Below, piece by piece: positions 25,366 to 36,300 of a DNA stretch of 64,000 nucleotides (positions are counted from its first letter, which is position 1; every line of letters starts with the position of its first letter). The position numbers and the translations under genes were made by a program. This DNA comes from Argopecten irradians (taxonomy: Eukaryota), in the NCBI RefSeq assembly GCF_041381155.1, contig NC_091144.1, positions 38,668,437 through 38,732,436 on the forward strand, given 5' to 3'. The notes below the pieces were generated by a model. It made no database searches. It worked only from the letters and a program-made list of their open reading frames with translations, and had not been told where the DNA came from.

Positions 25366-25583
25366 TTCTCAGTACCGCCTGTAAATGATGTTTTATGATG
25401 AATATCATTCCATGTCACAACGTTGTCAGCTCCGGTGGTTCGTGACCTTCCGACGGTGAAGACGAGACGCCGATCAAATGCAACTTTGAGCAACCTCACA
25501 ACCTTTATCCCTTCTGGACTTTCCGGGAAGTAACCTGTCCGGCTTGTTCCAGAAAACCTTGTCCCTGGATGAGGGTGTTCCGG
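25366..25583 (-). CDS. Deltex-like gene, middle exon: core of the DTC domain.
   Basis: The reverse complement shows acceptor tttgatttttag|CCGGAACAC at 25584/25583. It translates in phase 0 to [72 protein letters not shown](N). This matches DTX1 [70 protein letters not shown]. Donor GAGAA|GTAGGT at 25366/25365 leaves 2 nt, in phase with the next exon. Confidence 0.8.
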
Positions 25584-26049
25584 CTAAAAATCAAACATTT
25601 GAATAATGTTTATGGACATATTTTAATTCAATTAAGTCTTGTCTCTGGATGAGGGTGTTTCAGCAAACAAAAATCTTTATGCACATATTTTTTTATCCAA
25701 TGAAGTCTTTCACCCCTATGTCATTTTAGTAGACTCTACCATGCATTGATCTGGACATGTCCATTATGGTCTACAGTGGTGAAAGGGGTAAAGTCACACT
25801 AAATTTGTTTAATCCTTAATTACAATGATCACATTGGTGACATAAATTCCAATGTAGAAGTCGATGCCAAAACTAATTAATACAGTAGGCATCTTTCCTA
25901 ACGAAAAGTTACGATCAAGTACGTTTCTTTTCAAAAGAAGAGTACTGTATTTAAACTCTTGGTAAAGATGTACTAATTGCTTCAACAATTGGGTACTTAC
26001 CCCTCATTTTAAAACCAAGAGGGGTGAAAAAAACTATTCATCAATCAAC

Positions 26050-26054
26050 ACTTG

Positions 26055-26092
<38 letters not shown>
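26050..26092. repeat. Poly(T) tract of about 35 nt, inside the Deltex-like intron.
   Basis: Homopolymer run. Confidence 0.9.
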
Positions 26093-26249
26093 TCAGTGAA
26101 ATCTTATTAAAATCAGTCTGTGACAGGAATTTTTTTGCTGCTAGTAATTTAGACTAATTACTCGGAAATGTTACTAGTCCGACTATTTAATAACTAGTCC
26201 AAATTAGATATACAGTAGTTTTGCTTCAGCACTTCAGTCATGATCAGTT

Positions 26250-26458
26250 TCAATTTTTGACCCAAATTACAGTCTGGCATACAGTTTGTGAACACAAATT
26301 CTCACAAAATTTCTGAAAATGATGCATCCGGACAGAAATAATCGCATACAGAATGCACACAAAATGTGTTGAAAAATGCAATTGACCACCACTCCTATAT
26401 ATCGTGTAGGAGCCACTAGTCCAATCGGAGTAGTTCATTACATTTGGCACTAGACCGG
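26250..26458. repeat. Dispersed repeat copy. An inverted, diverged copy lies at 36055-36300.
   Basis: The reverse complement of 26250-26470 aligns at about 75-90% identity with 36055-36300, for example ggactagtggctcc...ggtcaattgc.../tttcaacacatt...ctgtccggatg. The track ORF 26250-26483 lies in the repeat. Confidence 0.7.
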
Positions 26459-26960
26459 CTGTAAAATTACAACTCATGGGCATCAGACTAGTGCTTAAAG
26501 TCGCAGACTGTAAAATTACAACTCATGGGCATCAGACTAGTGCTTAAAGTCGCAGACTGTAAAATTACAACTCATGGGCATCAGACTAGTGCTTAAAGTC
26601 GCAGACTGTAAAATTACAACTCATGGGCATCAGACTAGTGCTTAAAGTCGCAGACTGTAAAATTACAACTCATGGGCATCAGACTAGTGCTTAAAGTCGC
26701 AGACTGTAAAATTACAACTCATGGGCATCAGACTAGTGCTTAAAGTCGCAGACTGTAAAATTACAACTCATGGGCATCTGACTAGTGCTTAAAGTCGCAG
26801 ACTGTAAAATTACAACTCATGGGCATCTGACAAATGCTTAAAGTCGCAGACTGTAAAATTACAACTCATGGGCATCTGACTAGTGCTTAAAGTCGCAGAC
26901 TGTAAAATTACAACTCATGGGCATCTGACTAGTGCTTAAAGTCGCAGACTATAAAATTAA
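26459..26960. repeat. Minisatellite with a 49-bp unit, about 10 copies, inside the Deltex-like intron between the RING exon and the DTC exon.
   Basis: ctgtaaaattacaactcatgggcatcagactagtgcttaaagtcgcaga is repeated head-to-tail. The unit is the terminal segment of the dispersed repeat at 26250-26458. Confidence 0.9.
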
Positions 26961-27123
26961 ACCATATATAGTGTAACCTGTCCATAAAGACCATCCAAGG
27001 AACAGAGTGGTCTTTATACACAGGTTGAATAGTGCTGAAATTGTCTTATTAATCAGTGGTCTTTATACAGAGGTGGTCGCTAAGGCAAGTTTTACTCTAT
27101 TTTTAAATTTCAGTCACACTTAC

Positions 27124-27582
27124 CCCTTGAATTCCATTTGGAAATGAATAAGAAACGGATATGATGCCATATTGTTCATATCCTGGTAGAGTTCCGCTGG
27201 ATAACCTTTGAATGTTGATATGCCCCGGGGGTTGTGTTCCCGTAATTTTACCATATACTGTTCCGCACACTGGGCATGATGGTTTGTACGTAAAATGTTG
27301 TCCTATACACTCTTTACAAAACTCATGTGAGCACTTTTGTAGGACAGTCTTATTGGAAAAGTCATCTAAACATATAGAGCAGCGTTCCTCCTCTTTGGGC
27401 GGAGCACTAGTACTCTGGGTACCAAGCACCAAACCCATCGCTCCAGATTGACACGGTTTATTCGTCGGGTAGTCCTCTATTTCCATAGGCTCGTCTCCAT
27501 GAGGGTATCCCAGAGTCTGATGTGGAATCTGATGCTGCTGATGCATGATTGCTATTTCTGCCATTTCATTTGGACAAAGATT
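27124..27582 (-). CDS. Deltex-3/DTX3L-like E3 ubiquitin ligase: exon carrying a probable start codon, a C3HC4 RING finger and the start of the Deltex C-terminal (DTC) domain.
   Basis: Minus-strand ORF 27103-27612. The RING CSICLDDFSNKTVLQKCSHEFCKECIGQHFTYKPSCPVCG lies at about 27262-27381. It is followed by [44 protein letters not shown], which matches DTX3L [37 protein letters not shown]. A perfect donor GGG|GTAAGT ends the exon at 27124, so the trailing residues VSVTEI are intronic. Acceptor ttttttcag|AAT lies at 27583/27582, and a candidate ATG with Kozak context gaaATGG is at 27562-27564 (MAEIAIMHQQ). Confidence 0.85.
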
Positions 27583-28479
27583 CTGAAAAAATAATATAAT
27601 TAATAAATACATGAAATTGCATATAAGATTTGTTTTAGCAAATAAGCATATCTTTATGGCATGTGTAGCTGGATTGGACTGAGACGATCATCGTAGACCA
27701 GGTAGCTCAGTCTGTTAATGCATTCCAGTAGTGTTCACAAACTCGCCAAACTTTAAAACATTTAAACCTTGACTTGATAAACACTGGAAAAAACGTAAAC
27801 ATAATATGTGACTATCCTCCTCCACCTTGCCCCGGAAAAGAACTTTAAAACTTTAAAAGGAGCTGAATACAGAGGCCCAGAAGCCTATGTTCAGAAATCA
27901 TCCTGAGGTATTCTGAGCTATGTGCCTCAATTGATCCAAATTCTATAAATCTTAAATTCTTACTTGTAGTACAACACATATTTAAACTGTTAAACACTTT
28001 CTTAATGTTTCAATAACAGTTACACTTATTACGATAGCAATTCAATGCAACCATCACGCCTTTCCTGTGATAACAGATTCATAGAAATCCTACTTTCGTT
28101 TTCGCAATCGTAACATAGATTTTGAGAAAACACGGAAGGAAAAAGGAAAAAATTAGCATTTTGATATTTACATTATCCCAAATTTAAGATATAATCTTTT
28201 CAGCTTGTCTTCTGTCTTTTTCTCGTCTCTGTTTAACGTAGGCCTACTAACCGTTACTTAAAATATTTCTCCCGATTTCACCACGATGATGAAACGTCCT
28301 GGAGCCCCATCGCTAGAGTAAACGTCATACCTAATTTTAGAATTTCCAGAATTACCAGATTAGTCTCTCGACTTATTTGGTTATTTTCCTTTCAGCTTTC
28401 AACATGATCTATGTTTATACTTACAAATTTAACGCTGTCATTTTGATGAAAAAGATAGATTCTACTTTCTTTTTGTGTT

Positions 28480-28600
28480 TTCTATGTTGACAAGTAAAAC
28501 AGCAAGAGTGTTATTTACTTCCGGCTTTACCGGAAATTACTTCGCAAGACTAGTTTTTAAGTTGAAGGCCGGTAGCCGGAGATAAGGCTAACGCTAAATT
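28480..28600 (-). promoter_or_regulatory. Candidate CpG-containing promoter region for the Deltex-like gene (speculative).
   Basis: A locally GC/CpG-enriched patch about 0.9 kb upstream (minus-strand sense) of the RING exon. It carries two ETS-like core motifs, acttccggc and accggaaatt, plus ggccggtagccggag. No TATA box and no mapped first exon were found. Confidence 0.2.
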
Positions 28601-29810
28601 CCTTGAAGAATTTTTGCTATGCAGTTTCGATTTACTACAATCCAAAATTTATGATATGTTCAATATCACAACATTAATTACAATAAAAAAAATTCGTAAG
28701 AATAAATGCAACACCCTTTTAAGGCTTTTTATTTTTTTTTGTCTGAGATACAGTCAAAAATAAATAGATAAATAAAAAGACAAATAATATAGGCAGGTTT
28801 AGTCGACTTGTTACAGCATAACCACACATTTAAGGATCGATTGTCAATTGTGTTGCTTGCATTGACTGATGAAGAAAGTAAATCTCGTGGAAATGAAGTT
28901 AACTGCGATATTTTATTTTGATACAAACAGAATACACATATTTTCTTTTGTCTTTTAATCACTCATTTTGCTCATAACAGCAAAACTATACGTCCTCGGT
29001 CAATATTTTTCTCTGATCGATATAACCATGTATCAACCTCATCAATATGCTATCATTAAAGAATTGTTACATTGCATTTATTGAAGATATAAATGCAATC
29101 TGGGTGGCAGATAAATAGAATAGTGCCCTTTAATTGTTATATTTACATTTTACTTTCTAGTTCAAAGTAAAACGTAATTTAGATGCGAGGGAAAATTTGT
29201 ATTTCCCACTTCAGCCATTTAACCTCCACAGCCAAGTTCAATGTGATAAAAAATAGTCCATATGAAAAATTGGAAAGACAACAAAATTTCAATGTTTTTC
29301 AATAGCTTTTCATTTTACTTTCAATTATCCAGACATTTAAAAGTTTTTTTTTATAGTTTCATAACCAAATGGGTTCATTCAACAACGTCAATTTTCCCGG
29401 GCGGACTAACATGGTATCAGTAAACAAGACTCATATCCATTTATAAAGATATTACTACACCAAGTCTAAGCTGCATTTATTGGCTCATAATGCAGATCAT
29501 GGTTATCATTAGAGTAATGGGAGTCGCTGTGGCAAAATGTAAATATATTTGAATAGTATGCATTATACATATATAGCCTTGGTTGAAAAATTGTGCCAGG
29601 TACCTGTGATTGTAAACAGATGACGTTTGTTCTTCCGAGACACCATGTCTTCCTTTGCTTTTACAACGAAGCACTATACTTTCTGTATTCATTGTATATA
29701 TACCTTTCAATATTAAATAATATTTATCCATACCAAGATTATAGAGACATAATTTAACATTATGCTGTGTCATACTTAAATATTTTTTAAAAAAAATAAA
29801 TCAGGCGTTA

Positions 29811-30120
29811 GAGGCCAACCACCTTTCCGAAACGGCTTCTAATTTTTAAAATGGGAATGTAAAACGAGATCAATAATTTTGAAGAGTCGCAAAAGTTATT
29901 AACTTACCGTTACTAACGCACTGACCATCACCTTCTTAACAGTTCAATTAGAATAAATAAAATGTATATTTTCATAACGCGGGCCGTTTTATGTTTCCCG
30001 CCGTCGTCCTAAATACCGCGCGGTAGTTAATCATCACTGCGCCAGACGGCAAAACAATGAAATAAAAATTTAAAATTTGAAGAAACTTTTATTTTTTTGT
30101 TTCGGAAAGGTGGTGGGCCT
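29811..30120. mobile_element. MITE-like element (~310 bp) with 22-bp TIRs, directly abutting the foldback element.
   Basis: AGGCCAACCACCTTTCCGAAAC at 29811-29832 and GTTTCGGAAAGGTGGTGGGCCT at 30099-30120. A related fragment ccttaaaggccatccacctttctga lies at about 18733. Confidence 0.65.
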
Positions 30121-30139
30121 TTATGCTGTATTAGCCACA

Positions 30140-30725
30140 GGGATCTGATAAGTAGTTAAAGTTAATATCAATATGGACTCACCAGAGTGTCCATATATCA
30201 CTTTTAAACATTTTAGAGGTCTAGATAAAAAAAAAATCGATAAAATTCGTATTCTACATAGGACTACACTTTATACATATACTGTATTCCAAATTTGCAT
30301 ATTACAGAGTTATCTGCACTTGCGGGTAGGTATTGATTGTGTCGTCATGTGTTTGCGAGCGTAGCGTCATACGTTTCTGAGAAAACGACGTGAATTGCAC
30401 TCACAAAATAATGACGTAACAATCGATACCTACCCGCAAGGGAGTTAACTCTGTAATATGCAAAGACGGAATAGTCATTCTACTTAAAATTATACTTGTA
30501 ATTCCGCTCCACTACCATACTCTACGTTACGTCGAAGCGTAACGTAGAGTATCGTAGTGGAATGGAATTACGAGTCTAACATATTTTGATTATATTTAGT
30601 ACAAGGTAGAATACGAATTTCATCGATTTTTTTATCTAGGCTTTTAATCCGTCTATGAATGGTCTATGGACACTCTGGTAGGTTAATATTGATAAAAACC
30701 TTAACTAATTCTCAGATCCCTGTGG
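30140..30725. mobile_element. Foldback (long inverted-repeat) element, ~590 bp with ~270-bp arms and a nested central palindrome.
   Basis: The left arm cacagggatctgataagtagttaaagttaatatcaat...tagaggtctagataaaaaaaaaatcgataaaattcgtattctacat...attacagagttatctgcacttgcgggtaggtattgattgt is mirrored by the right arm acaatcgatacctacccgcaagggagttaactctgtaat...atgtagaatacgaatttcatcgatttttttatctaggc...attgataaaaaccttaactaattctcagatccctgtgg. The central palindrome ccactaccatactctacgttacgtcgaagcgtaacgtagagtatcgtagtgg lies at 30507-30560. The track ORF 30173-30364 lies in the left arm. Confidence 0.75.
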
Positions 30726-31523
30726 TCTTAGCTAAATGTCTGGTTATATTCTGTAATGAGAAGTCAATTGTTCCAAGCACCTGTTTGTTACAATGGGATA
30801 TTGCGTCACAATCAGTCTAACACAAGCGAGAATGTAAACAAAATGTCGACGCTGTCGAACTGCTGTAAAAATAAAAATGGTAAATTTCTCTCTATCAGCT
30901 AGCCGTAATGGTCAATTTGACGAAAAGGTTATCGAACATACCCCGTCGAATATGTCTACCTACGTATATGCACTACTTTTCAATGTTTCTAAACAAATAC
31001 AACAAGATGTTGAAGAAAAGTCGACGCCATAGAATTGTTTACTTTAAATCTACAATTCCGTTAATGAATTACCTAAACAAATAAAGATTTAAAATAAATA
31101 ACCGGTTCTGTATTCGGATACTTTAACCATATTTGGTTAAATTTCTACCTGGGACCCATTCCGAGTGGTATCGATACTTTCCTGACCCCGATACAAAGTC
31201 TTATATCTTGGAAATGTCACTTTCAGCTCGTGTGTTAAGATTAAAGTTGCTTTTCAATGGTTGATGCGATAATCTCTATGCGTTGCTGGGATTTAGATAA
31301 ATACTATTTTATATAGCTAGCACACGACATATTTGCCAGTTGTAAAGGGGGACATTGACATTTTTACCTATATACATTGTATATATACTACCGAGGACTT
31401 TTCAAGTCGTTATACTGTAATCAGGACTAGCCAAAACTACATTTCTCTGGGATGCTTTAAATCTAACAGAAGCACGGTAAGTAAATTTCTGTAAAACTAT
31501 ATTTCTATCATACTAATATGTAT

Positions 31524-31666
31524 CCCATCCTTGATGCTCCAGGGGTTACTATCACTGACGTTTTATCCACAAATTAACTGTTTCTTCTGTTGTATCCAGT
31601 TTTACTATGAAATAGTCAGGGGTGGATATAAAGTCAATGATAGTAACCCATGGAGTATCGAGAATG
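31524..31666. mobile_element. MITE family C, short (~140 bp) copy.
   Basis: catccttgatgctccaggggttactatcactgacg ... gtcaatgatagtaacccatggagtatcgagaatg, with internal tccagttttactatgaaatagtcagggg. Confidence 0.75.
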
Positions 31667-33849
31667 TATGTATCCTATCCCTGTTAATGTTTGTCCCTGA
31701 TACAAAAATGTAGGAATTATATATATAAGATTTTTATCTATCACGAATGTCTAAGTCTGGTGTTTGAGTTAGAGGAAACTCTGAGTCAATGACTTTTATC
31801 AGAATCCTTCTGATCTGATATATGCGCCTGTATCAGGGCACAGGCTTTTGACTCTATAGATATTCATTTTTTCTCTATATATGTTTGTAATATAATATTA
31901 CACATATGCTGTAGAGAAAATATATATAGAGTCAAAAGCCTGTAGGCAAGGTTACTAGGTAAACAAAAAAAGTCTATGTCCGGTTAGAGGGTCAGGTGAT
32001 ACTCGGTCTACACCGGACGTTTTGTCTATCAGAAACTGAGGATACGCGGAGTACACTTATAGGCATCCTGTGAGAATGTCTAAGTTTGGACAGTGATCTC
32101 ACATGAAATACGGAGAATACTGTGTTATCAGAATGTCTACATTGGCCATGATGTCGCAAGAAACTCGGAGTACACTGGGTATCTTGTCGGAATGTCTATG
32201 TTTGGCCAGTGATGTTACAGGAAACTCGGGCGACGATAAACGATGGGATACTTCTATAGAGTTATGTCTTTTCTGGGTTGCGTCAAAATGTCTAGGTATG
32301 GTGTTCGGTTCAGAGGAAACTCAGATAATGGGTACAATCGATTTATGGGTACGATCGATAAACTGTTGCATGTCATAACCAAATTGTGTTTCTTATCCGT
32401 CAAATTTGAGCAAAAACCTTACAAAATATCAGTCTCAAACCTTTATTGATTTCGGATGAAATGACAGCAGAGTTTAAGAAACAAATATTAATTAAATTCA
32501 GCATTCTTTAATCCGTTCAGGGCACACATGTGGACATTTGCTACAGTTGCTGTGAATAAGCTCCGATCTTCGGAAACCCTGGAGTCACCGCTGTAGTATC
32601 ACAAACGATTGACTTTCCAACGATGTGGAGCACTGGTTCATGTATTTTGCTTTTTTTCCAAAGTGGGTTATGTTTTCAAAGTTCGTTGATTTTTCAAAGT
32701 GTGTTATATTTTTAAAGCTCTTTCTTTTTTCCAATATACTTTGTAAGTTATAACATAGTTCTCATACATGTAATTAGATCACAACTTTGAACGTGTGTAC
32801 ATCAACTCTGCCGAAACATAGGAGAGCTTATGGTTCAACAAGTGTATTAGAAGGCATAACTGCAGGTACTCGGTGGTTTTTTTTGTCAATAGAATGACCG
32901 ATGCATAATTATTATGAATCTATTATAATAAAGTCGGAGCTTCATTTCGAAGAATTTCATGACAGATTGCAGATGTATTATTTGAACGAGTCGCGATCAC
33001 ATGGCAGAAACGATCGTAGAATGGTTGAGCGGATTTTAAATTGTGAGCTCATAATAAGATATGTGGATTAAACCCTGAAACGAACGCTAACTCTGACAGC
33101 CTTGTTAGCGCAGTGAGAAAAAATCGATTGCTGAATTATTTCTAACTTCACGCCACCGAAATTATCTTTTTTCAGTAATCTCTAGAAAACTATAAGGTTT
33201 GCTGAATTGAATTGTGGTAATCAAACGCAAAGTAAAGCACTGAATTTACGCAATGTATAATTCTTGTTTATCGAACGTATCTGTATTCATTTAATTGCAC
33301 TGTATAGTGTAAATATTCATTTTATAATCTATGAATTGTTAGTATTGTAATTCTCAAAATGTTCGAAATTTTTGAGGGTGAATATCATCTATATTAAATG
33401 CTCTTCTTGTGCCGTCAGTACGAAAATTAAGGCACACATACATAACTTCACTGCACGCGTATTCATTTTTAAACACACAGCAAAAGCCGGATCTTACTAT
33501 AACGTGTTTGTGTAAGTAAATAGTAAGTCCGTCATTGCGTATATCAGCATTCTTTTTATTGGAATACGATCATTCTATTTCAAAATGTATTTACATGAGC
33601 TATTTTTATCACACTTCTAAAACTAATTGCCGCTCATATGTAAGTCAGTATGCGATTTACAGAGTATATAAACGTGATCAGAAAAAAGGAGCAAAAGGAA
33701 TCGGTAATGGTTAATATTTGGTTAAATGACACATAAATGTACATGTATATTTGTCTGTTTAACAGTATCATTCGGATCACAGTAGCACATCAAATAATTG
33801 GGAAGCCCAATAAGGACTGACAATGACCAAATAACTGAAGAGTGGGAAA

Positions 33850-34440
33850 CAAATATCAACATACGAGAGTCTCACCAACACACGAGAGTCTCACAAACAC
33901 ACGAGATTCTCACCTACTCACGAGAGTTTCACCAAATACGAGTGTTTCACCAACACACGAGAGTCTCACAACACAGAGATTCTCACCAACACACAAGAGT
34001 CTCACCAACATACGAGATTCTCACACTACTCACACGAGAGTTTCACCAAATACGAGTGTTTCATCAACACACGAGGTCTCACCAACACACGAGAGTCTCA
34101 CCACACACACGAGTGTCTCACCAACACACGAAAGTCTCACCAACACACGAGAGTCTCACCAACACACGAATCTCACACAAAGTCTCACAGACGAGATCTC
34201 TCACACAACACACGAGTGTCTCACCAACACACGAGGGTCTCTCACAATACACGAGAGTCTCACCAATACACGAGAGTCTCACCAACACACGAGAGTCTCA
34301 CCAACACACGAGAGGGTCTCACCAACACACGAGAGTCTCACCAATACACGAGAGTCCTACAGAGAGTCACACTCGAGATTCTCATCTACTAACGAGAGTC
34401 TCACCATCACACACGAGAATCTCATCAACAAACGAAAGTA
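33850..34440. repeat. Minisatellite with a 21-bp unit (cacgagagtctcaccaacaca), about 27 copies.
   Basis: Head-to-tail repetition with minor variants. It generates the repetitive pseudo-ORFs 33798-34472 and 33842-34504. Confidence 0.9.
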
Positions 34441-35514
34441 TGTTCGCCAAATACTCTCACGCAGCATTATAAGCAAGTCAGATGCATTTGGAAAAATCTC
34501 TTAAAATGACAACAGTTTAACAGATATGATAAATATGCCTTTATAACATAAGAATAAATTGGCAAAATGTAAGGGACTTTATGGACCCCACAATTAATAA
34601 CACCTGCATTTGATATTTGAACAACGCTACGGGTGGTATTAAGATTGTCTTAGTTCAACATTTCCCGAGGGTGGGGTGCCAGGTCGCGGTTAGTCCGAAG
34701 TTCCTCTGACCCCTTCACCAGACCTAGACATTATGACAGATGTATACTTGGTATAAACTAAATAATACATAAAACATATTTTACAATAACCAGATCTTTA
34801 TATTGTTCCGGAATTAATCTTGATATAGGAAAATGATTAATTACCTCCTGTTACAAGCTACTGGCTTCGCTGTACGTATTTCATTCGGATCCAATGTCAC
34901 GCCAATTCATGTCATAATCAATATCTATCCTACATGTACAAGGTAATTACAATTATACTGACTAATGTTCCTCCATAAAAGGGACAATTAGGTCCATGCA
35001 CTTCAGTAATGTAGGAAACACGAGACGGTTATTGTGTATTGGGTATAGCCGGAGACTTAAGATTACTATAGAGTACGATAGGTTGTCCCGGGAAGCGGTG
35101 GCGATTTAGAAATGGTTTTAATAATGATTTGTAATTACTCAAGATCCGGAACGCAGGGACTTGGCACGTTACTAGAACCTATATTATAATATCTTAAGTT
35201 CAATCCATAGAATTCGTATTTTTTTTTTTTGGCTGAGGTACTGCTTATTTTGAAAAACTCCTGTCTTAGCGGAAAATCGAAATCAAATCGATAATCTATA
35301 ATACTTGATTAATTGGACCACTTATATTATGTTTTCAAAAGAAAAAAAAAATACTAGAATTTAAACTCATGCTCTGCAATGTGAAAGGTCAATGAAGATG
35401 CTAAAAAGAAGGTAACCTCGGTTTTACGTTCATATATACCATTGGACAACTATTTGGTTAACTTTGATATAAAACGACAAATAAGGAACGAACGAATGGA
35501 CGAATAATAAGTGT

Positions 35515-35550
35515 GAAAGAAGGAGAAGAAAGAAGGAAAGAAAGAAAGAA

Positions 35551-35595
<45 letters not shown>

Positions 35596-35695
35596 ACGCT
35601 TTTACATGTCACTACATTTGAGATTAAATGACAAAATAAGGAGCGAAGGAATAAATGAATAAGTGAAAGAAGAAAGAAAGAAAGAAAGAAAGCAT
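35515..35695. repeat. (GAAA)n/(AAGAAAG)n microsatellite in two blocks.
   Basis: agaaagaaagaaagaaagaaag runs at 35520-35600 and 35655-35690. Confidence 0.9.
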
Positions 35696-36054
35696 CTACA
35701 CAAATTTCACCAACGTTTGACTACCAGTCTACTTTTGGTCTATAATATACTATAATAACGGTGCATGCTCTTGTTAACACATACATGTAGTTGCCGGGAG
35801 AATCCGGAAACATACCAACAATGAAACATGAGAGAATCAATACCACTATTGTTGAGGTGGCCAGCTTCTCAAACGGTGCCTGAATAGACTGAAGAGTGTA
35901 GATATCGACTTTATGGGACAGTGAAATGAATCTGGAGATACATCCGTATTTGAATGCGTGTGGAAACTGGAGTTGAAAACATCTTTAGCAGGTGTTGAAT
36001 TGATATCAGTCAGTCATCCTTGATACCCCAGGGGTTGATTTCACTATCGTTATA

Positions 36055-36300
36055 CAGTCTGCGACTTTAAGCACTAGTCCAATTCCCATGACTAGTAATT
36101 TTACAGCCGGACTAGTGCCAATTGTAATGAACTAGTCCGATTGGACTAGTGGCTCCCCATATCATTAAATGCTACATTTACAGAAGCGGTCGTCAACTGC
36201 TCTTTTCAGCACATTGTGAGTACATTCTTTATGAGATAATTTCAGTCCGGATGACTAGCAGTGAAAAAAATTAGCGTCACAGAATGCGTTATAACGACTG
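36055..36300. repeat. Dispersed repeat, inverted partner of 26250-26470.
   Basis: tctgcgactttaagcactagtccaattcccatgactagtaattttacagccggactagtgccaattgtaatgaactagtccgattggactagtggctcc is the reverse complement of 26400-26500. Confidence 0.7.

Noticed and set aside
26250-26483. Track ORF 26250-26483 (-), 77 aa
   Set aside because: It lies inside a dispersed repeat that has a diverged inverted copy at 36055-36300 where the frame is not preserved.
33798-34504. Track ORFs 33798-34472 and 33842-34504 (224 and 220 aa, His/Thr/Arg/Ser-rich)
   Set aside because: They lie entirely within a 21-bp minisatellite. The periodic amino-acid sequence is a by-product of a unit length divisible by 3. No splice sites or start context were found.
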